Origin: Spirochaetota bacterium
GTDB taxonomy: Bacteria > Spirochaetota > UBA12135 > COTS27 > CBDBHE01
Assembly: GCA_965205605.1 (NCBI GenBank)
Contig: CBDBHE010000006.1
Span: forward strand, 32,001 to 96,000
DNA length: 64,000 nucleotides
Direction: 5' to 3'
How positions within the stretch are numbered: position 1 is the first letter of the stretch; each line of letters opens with the position of its first letter. Position numbers and translations under genes: made by a program. Positions 61,240 through 64,000 of the stretch are shown here, in pieces. The notes beneath the pieces are model-generated. The model saw only the letters and a list, made by a program, of their open reading frames with translations, made no database searches and had not been told where the DNA came from.

Positions 61240-61959
61240 TTATTTTTTCAGGTGCTTTGTGTAAAGAATTTTGCCTGTTTGGAAAAGGTCTTTTTTAGCA
61301 TAAGAGGATAAAAATAAATAATCTTTTTTAGGTGGTTTTAAAGCATCTTTATTGTTTAATAAATTTTGAAATAAATTAGATTTTTCAATGGTTTTTAAAT
61401 GTTCTTCATAAAGAAAAGAAACATCAGTTGCGGTGTATAAAACACCTGATTTTTTGAGTGTTTTGTGAATGAGTTGAATATTTTTACTATTAATAATTCT
61501 TCTTTTAGCATGTTTTTTTTTAGGCCATGGGTCAGGGAAATTGACCATTATTTCATCAAATGAATCGTGTTTACATTCAATTTCTAAAAAAGTCACCGCA
61601 TCTCCTGAATAAAGCAATATGTTGTTTAAGTCTTCTTTGGCTGCTTTTTTGATTACTCTTTGAATGCATGCTAGAGCATAATCAAGCCCAACAAAACAAG
61701 TTTTTTTTAGATTGTTTTTTGCACTCTCAATAAGAAAGTCTCCAGTCCCACAGCATAGTTCTAAACAATATTTTTTGTATCCTTTTTTTAATTTTTCAAT
61801 ATTAAAAGGAATGATTTTTTTTTTAGGAAAAAAGAAGTTTTGATTTTCTTCTAATTTTTTTTGAGGGGTGATTTGATAGACTTTATAACGAGTTGGAAGA
61901 AGGTACTGTTTTAGAAGTTCTTCATCTAAGTGCAATTTTTTTAACCGACACTTAACCAA
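61240..61959 (-). CDS. trmB: tRNA (guanine-N7)-methyltransferase
   Basis: LELCCGTGDF, NFPDPWPKKKHAKRR, ATD. Confidence 0.92.
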   Translation of the reverse strand: MVKCRLKKLHLDEELLKQYLLPTRYKVYQITPQKKLEENQNFFFPKKKIIPFNIEKLKKGYKKYCLELCCGTGDFLIESAKNNLKKTCFVGLDYALACIQRVIKKAAKEDLNNILLYSGDAVTFLEIECKHDSFDEIMVNFPDPWPKKKHAKRRIINSKNIQLIHKTLKKSGVLYTATDVSFLYEEHLKTIEKSNLFQNLLNNKDALKPPKKDYLFLSSYAKKDLFQTGKILYTKHLKK

Positions 61960-61969
61960 TTGGAAAAAA

Positions 61970-63229
61970 TTAAATTTTCTTTAGAATTAAACAACTATTG
62001 TGACCACCAAATCCAAAAGAGTTGGAGATAGCGATATTAATGTCTTTTTCAATTGTTTCTTTAGGAAACATCTTTTCTTTAAGAGGAATTTCACTGTCAA
62101 AGTTATCGATATTAATCCCAGCAGGAATCTCATTGTTTTTAATAGCAAGAGCTGCGAAAATAGCTTCGATACCAGCAGCAGCGCCTAAACTATGACCTGT
62201 CATTGATTTAGTTGAGCTAATGTGAGTGTTTTCTTGATTTTTTCCTAATATTTTGGCCATGGCTTTAATTTCAGCGATATCTCCTAAAGGAGTGGAGGTC
62301 CCGTGAGTGTTAATGTAATCTATTTCTGAAGGATTGATTTTGGCATCTTTTAAAGCTGATCGGATACAAGCTTCTACTCCCTTTCCATCTGGATGAGGAG
62401 AGACAAGATCCCAAGCATCAGAGTTTAAAGCAACTGAAGCAATTTCACAAATAATATTAGCATTTCTTTTTTTTGCATGCTCATATTCTTCTAAAACAAG
62501 AACACCAGCACCATTAGCGATGACAAATCCATCTCGATCTTTGTCATAGGGTCTAGAGGCTATTTTAGGCTGATCGTTATATTTAGTAGAAAGGGCTCTC
62601 ATTTTTGAGAAAGCAGAAATCGTAATAGGATCAATTGTTGATTCAGCTCCCCCTACTAAAGCAACATCAATGAGACCCAATTGAATCATCCAAACAGCAA
62701 AAGAAATCGAATAGTTTCCAGTGGCACAGGCAGTTTGTACTGAAAAAGAAGGCCCAGTGAGCCCATGCATCATGCTTAAGAAGCCACTAATGGTATTGCT
62801 AATCATCGATGAAACAAAGAAAGGCGAAACAGCTCTAGGGCCTCTTTCAAAAAGTTTTTTTGAATTTTTATAACATGCTTCCATTCCTCCAACACCACTA
62901 CTAATAGTAATTCCCACACGATGGGGATTTTTTGAAAAATTTAAAGAAGCACTTTCAACTGCTTCTTTAGCTGCAGCAAGTCCAAATTGAGTGAATCGAT
63001 CTAATTTTTTTCCTTTTGAAAGATAGCGATCTTTTAGGAAATGGCTTAAATCAAAGTTTTTAACTTCTCCACCAACTTTACAAGGATAATTAGATAGATC
63101 TTCGCCTAGCCCTATGAGAGTTTTAATCCCACTTTTGCCATCTAAAATACCTTTCCAAGTTTCTTGGACATTGTTTGCAACTGAGTTAACGGTTCCTATT
63201 CCTGTAACAACAATTCTTTTTTTATCCAT
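61970..63229 (-). CDS. fabF: 3-oxoacyl-ACP synthase II
   Basis: TACATG, HGTSTPLGD, KSMTGH, NSFGFGG. Confidence 0.96.
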   Translation of the reverse strand: MDKKRIVVTGIGTVNSVANNVQETWKGILDGKSGIKTLIGLGEDLSNYPCKVGGEVKNFDLSHFLKDRYLSKGKKLDRFTQFGLAAAKEAVESASLNFSKNPHRVGITISSGVGGMEACYKNSKKLFERGPRAVSPFFVSSMISNTISGFLSMMHGLTGPSFSVQTACATGNYSISFAVWMIQLGLIDVALVGGAESTIDPITISAFSKMRALSTKYNDQPKIASRPYDKDRDGFVIANGAGVLVLEEYEHAKKRNANIICEIASVALNSDAWDLVSPHPDGKGVEACIRSALKDAKINPSEIDYINTHGTSTPLGDIAEIKAMAKILGKNQENTHISSTKSMTGHSLGAAAGIEAIFAALAIKNNEIPAGINIDNFDSEIPLKEKMFPKETIEKDINIAISNSFGFGGHNSCLILKKI

Positions 63230-63306
63230 ATTGTATTTATCTTATCGATAATTTTTTGAGGAAAAGAATCATAGAGGATCCATCTAATTAGTTTATAAGA
63301 AGCTTA

Positions 63307-63540
63307 TTAAGAAATATTGGCATTAATATAGTTAACCGCTTCTTTTACTGTTTTAATTTTTTCAGCATCTTCATCTGAAATTTCAATTTTGAATTCTTCT
63401 TCAAAACCCATAATGAGTTCTACTGAGTCTAAAGAATCTGCTCCTAAATCTTCAAAAGATGATCCCATTTTTACATCATCAGCATTACAATTTAATTTTT
63501 CAACAATAATTGATTTTACTTTTTTAAAATCAACAGCCAT
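63307..63540 (-). CDS. acpP: Acyl carrier protein
   Basis: [17 protein letters not shown]. Confidence 0.97.
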   Translation of the reverse strand: MAVDFKKVKSIIVEKLNCNADDVKMGSSFEDLGADSLDSVELIMGFEEEFKIEISDEDAEKIKTVKEAVNYINANIS

Positions 63541-63607
63541 AGTTACTCTCCTTTTATGATTAATTTAACACTTATTTATCATATTCTTAATTTACCTTTT
63601 ATGTCAA

Positions 63608-64000
63608 TTACATAAAAAGTCCACCATTAACTGAAAGCACTTGTCCTGTAATATAAGAAGCCCTTTCTGAAGCTAAAAAACAAGCGCTATCAGCAATATC
63701 TTTTGTATTACCGAGTCTTTTAAGAGGGATTGCTTCTGTAATACCTGCTTTTGCCTTTTCATTCATTTGTTTGGTCATTTCTGTTTCAATAAATCCAGGA
63801 GCAATGGCATTAACTGTAATTTGTTTTCCAGCCACTTCTTTTGCTAAAGCTTTTGTAAAAGCAATGATGCCTCCTTTAGAGGCACAATAATTAACTTGAC
63901 CAGGATTTCCCATTTGTCCTACAACCGATGAAAGATTAATAATTCGTCCATTTCGTTCTCTCAACATCGGGCGAAGGCTTAGTTTGCTCATTAAAAAAGC
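63608..64000 (-). CDS. fabG: 3-oxoacyl-ACP reductase, 5' end truncated by the window
   Basis: SSVVG..GNPGQVNYCASK, APGFIETEMT, ITGQVLSVNGG; fabG-acpP-fabF synteny. Confidence 0.95.
   Translation of the reverse strand, partial: AFLMSKLSLRPMLRERNGRIINLSSVVGQMGNPGQVNYCASKGGIIAFTKALAKEVAGKQITVNAIAPGFIETEMTKQMNEKAKAGITEAIPLKRLGNTKDIADSACFLASERASYITGQVLSVNGGLFM

Overview
AT-rich (visually under 30% GC), densely packed bacterial chromosome segment, most likely from a Spirochaetota lineage: it carries a spiro-SPASM protein, a spirochaete-style TPR lipoprotein before dprA-xerC-hslVU, and an LCP-rsfS pair. Most genes are housekeeping: dnaX-ybaB-recR, ffs, dxr, rseP, purM-folP-cdaA-cdaR-pdxJ, hslVU, def, polA, lepB, rpsD, proC, dnaG, speDE, lipA, grpE-dnaK-dnaJ, trmB, fabG-acpP-fabF, plus tRNA-Ser(GGA) and tRNA-Phe(GAA). 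I saw no CRISPR array, IS element or prophage. The best candidate for a new system is at 0-15 kb. There, a 2285-aa outer-membrane protein with motifs of the type IX secretion translocon SprA/Sov converges on an operon encoding an M16 peptidase, a split DUF2723/TMEM260-type GT-C glycosyltransferase and TPR/PEGA-like envelope proteins. Other oddities: dxr frameshifted at an A13 tract, an alphaproteobacterial-looking S4, a signal peptidase with a duplicated insert, an orphan non-lipidated FlgH-like gene, a degenerate TIM-barrel protein beside LacI, and repeated extended -10 boxes only 7-16 nt before start codons. All family calls come from recognising motifs by eye; no searches were run.
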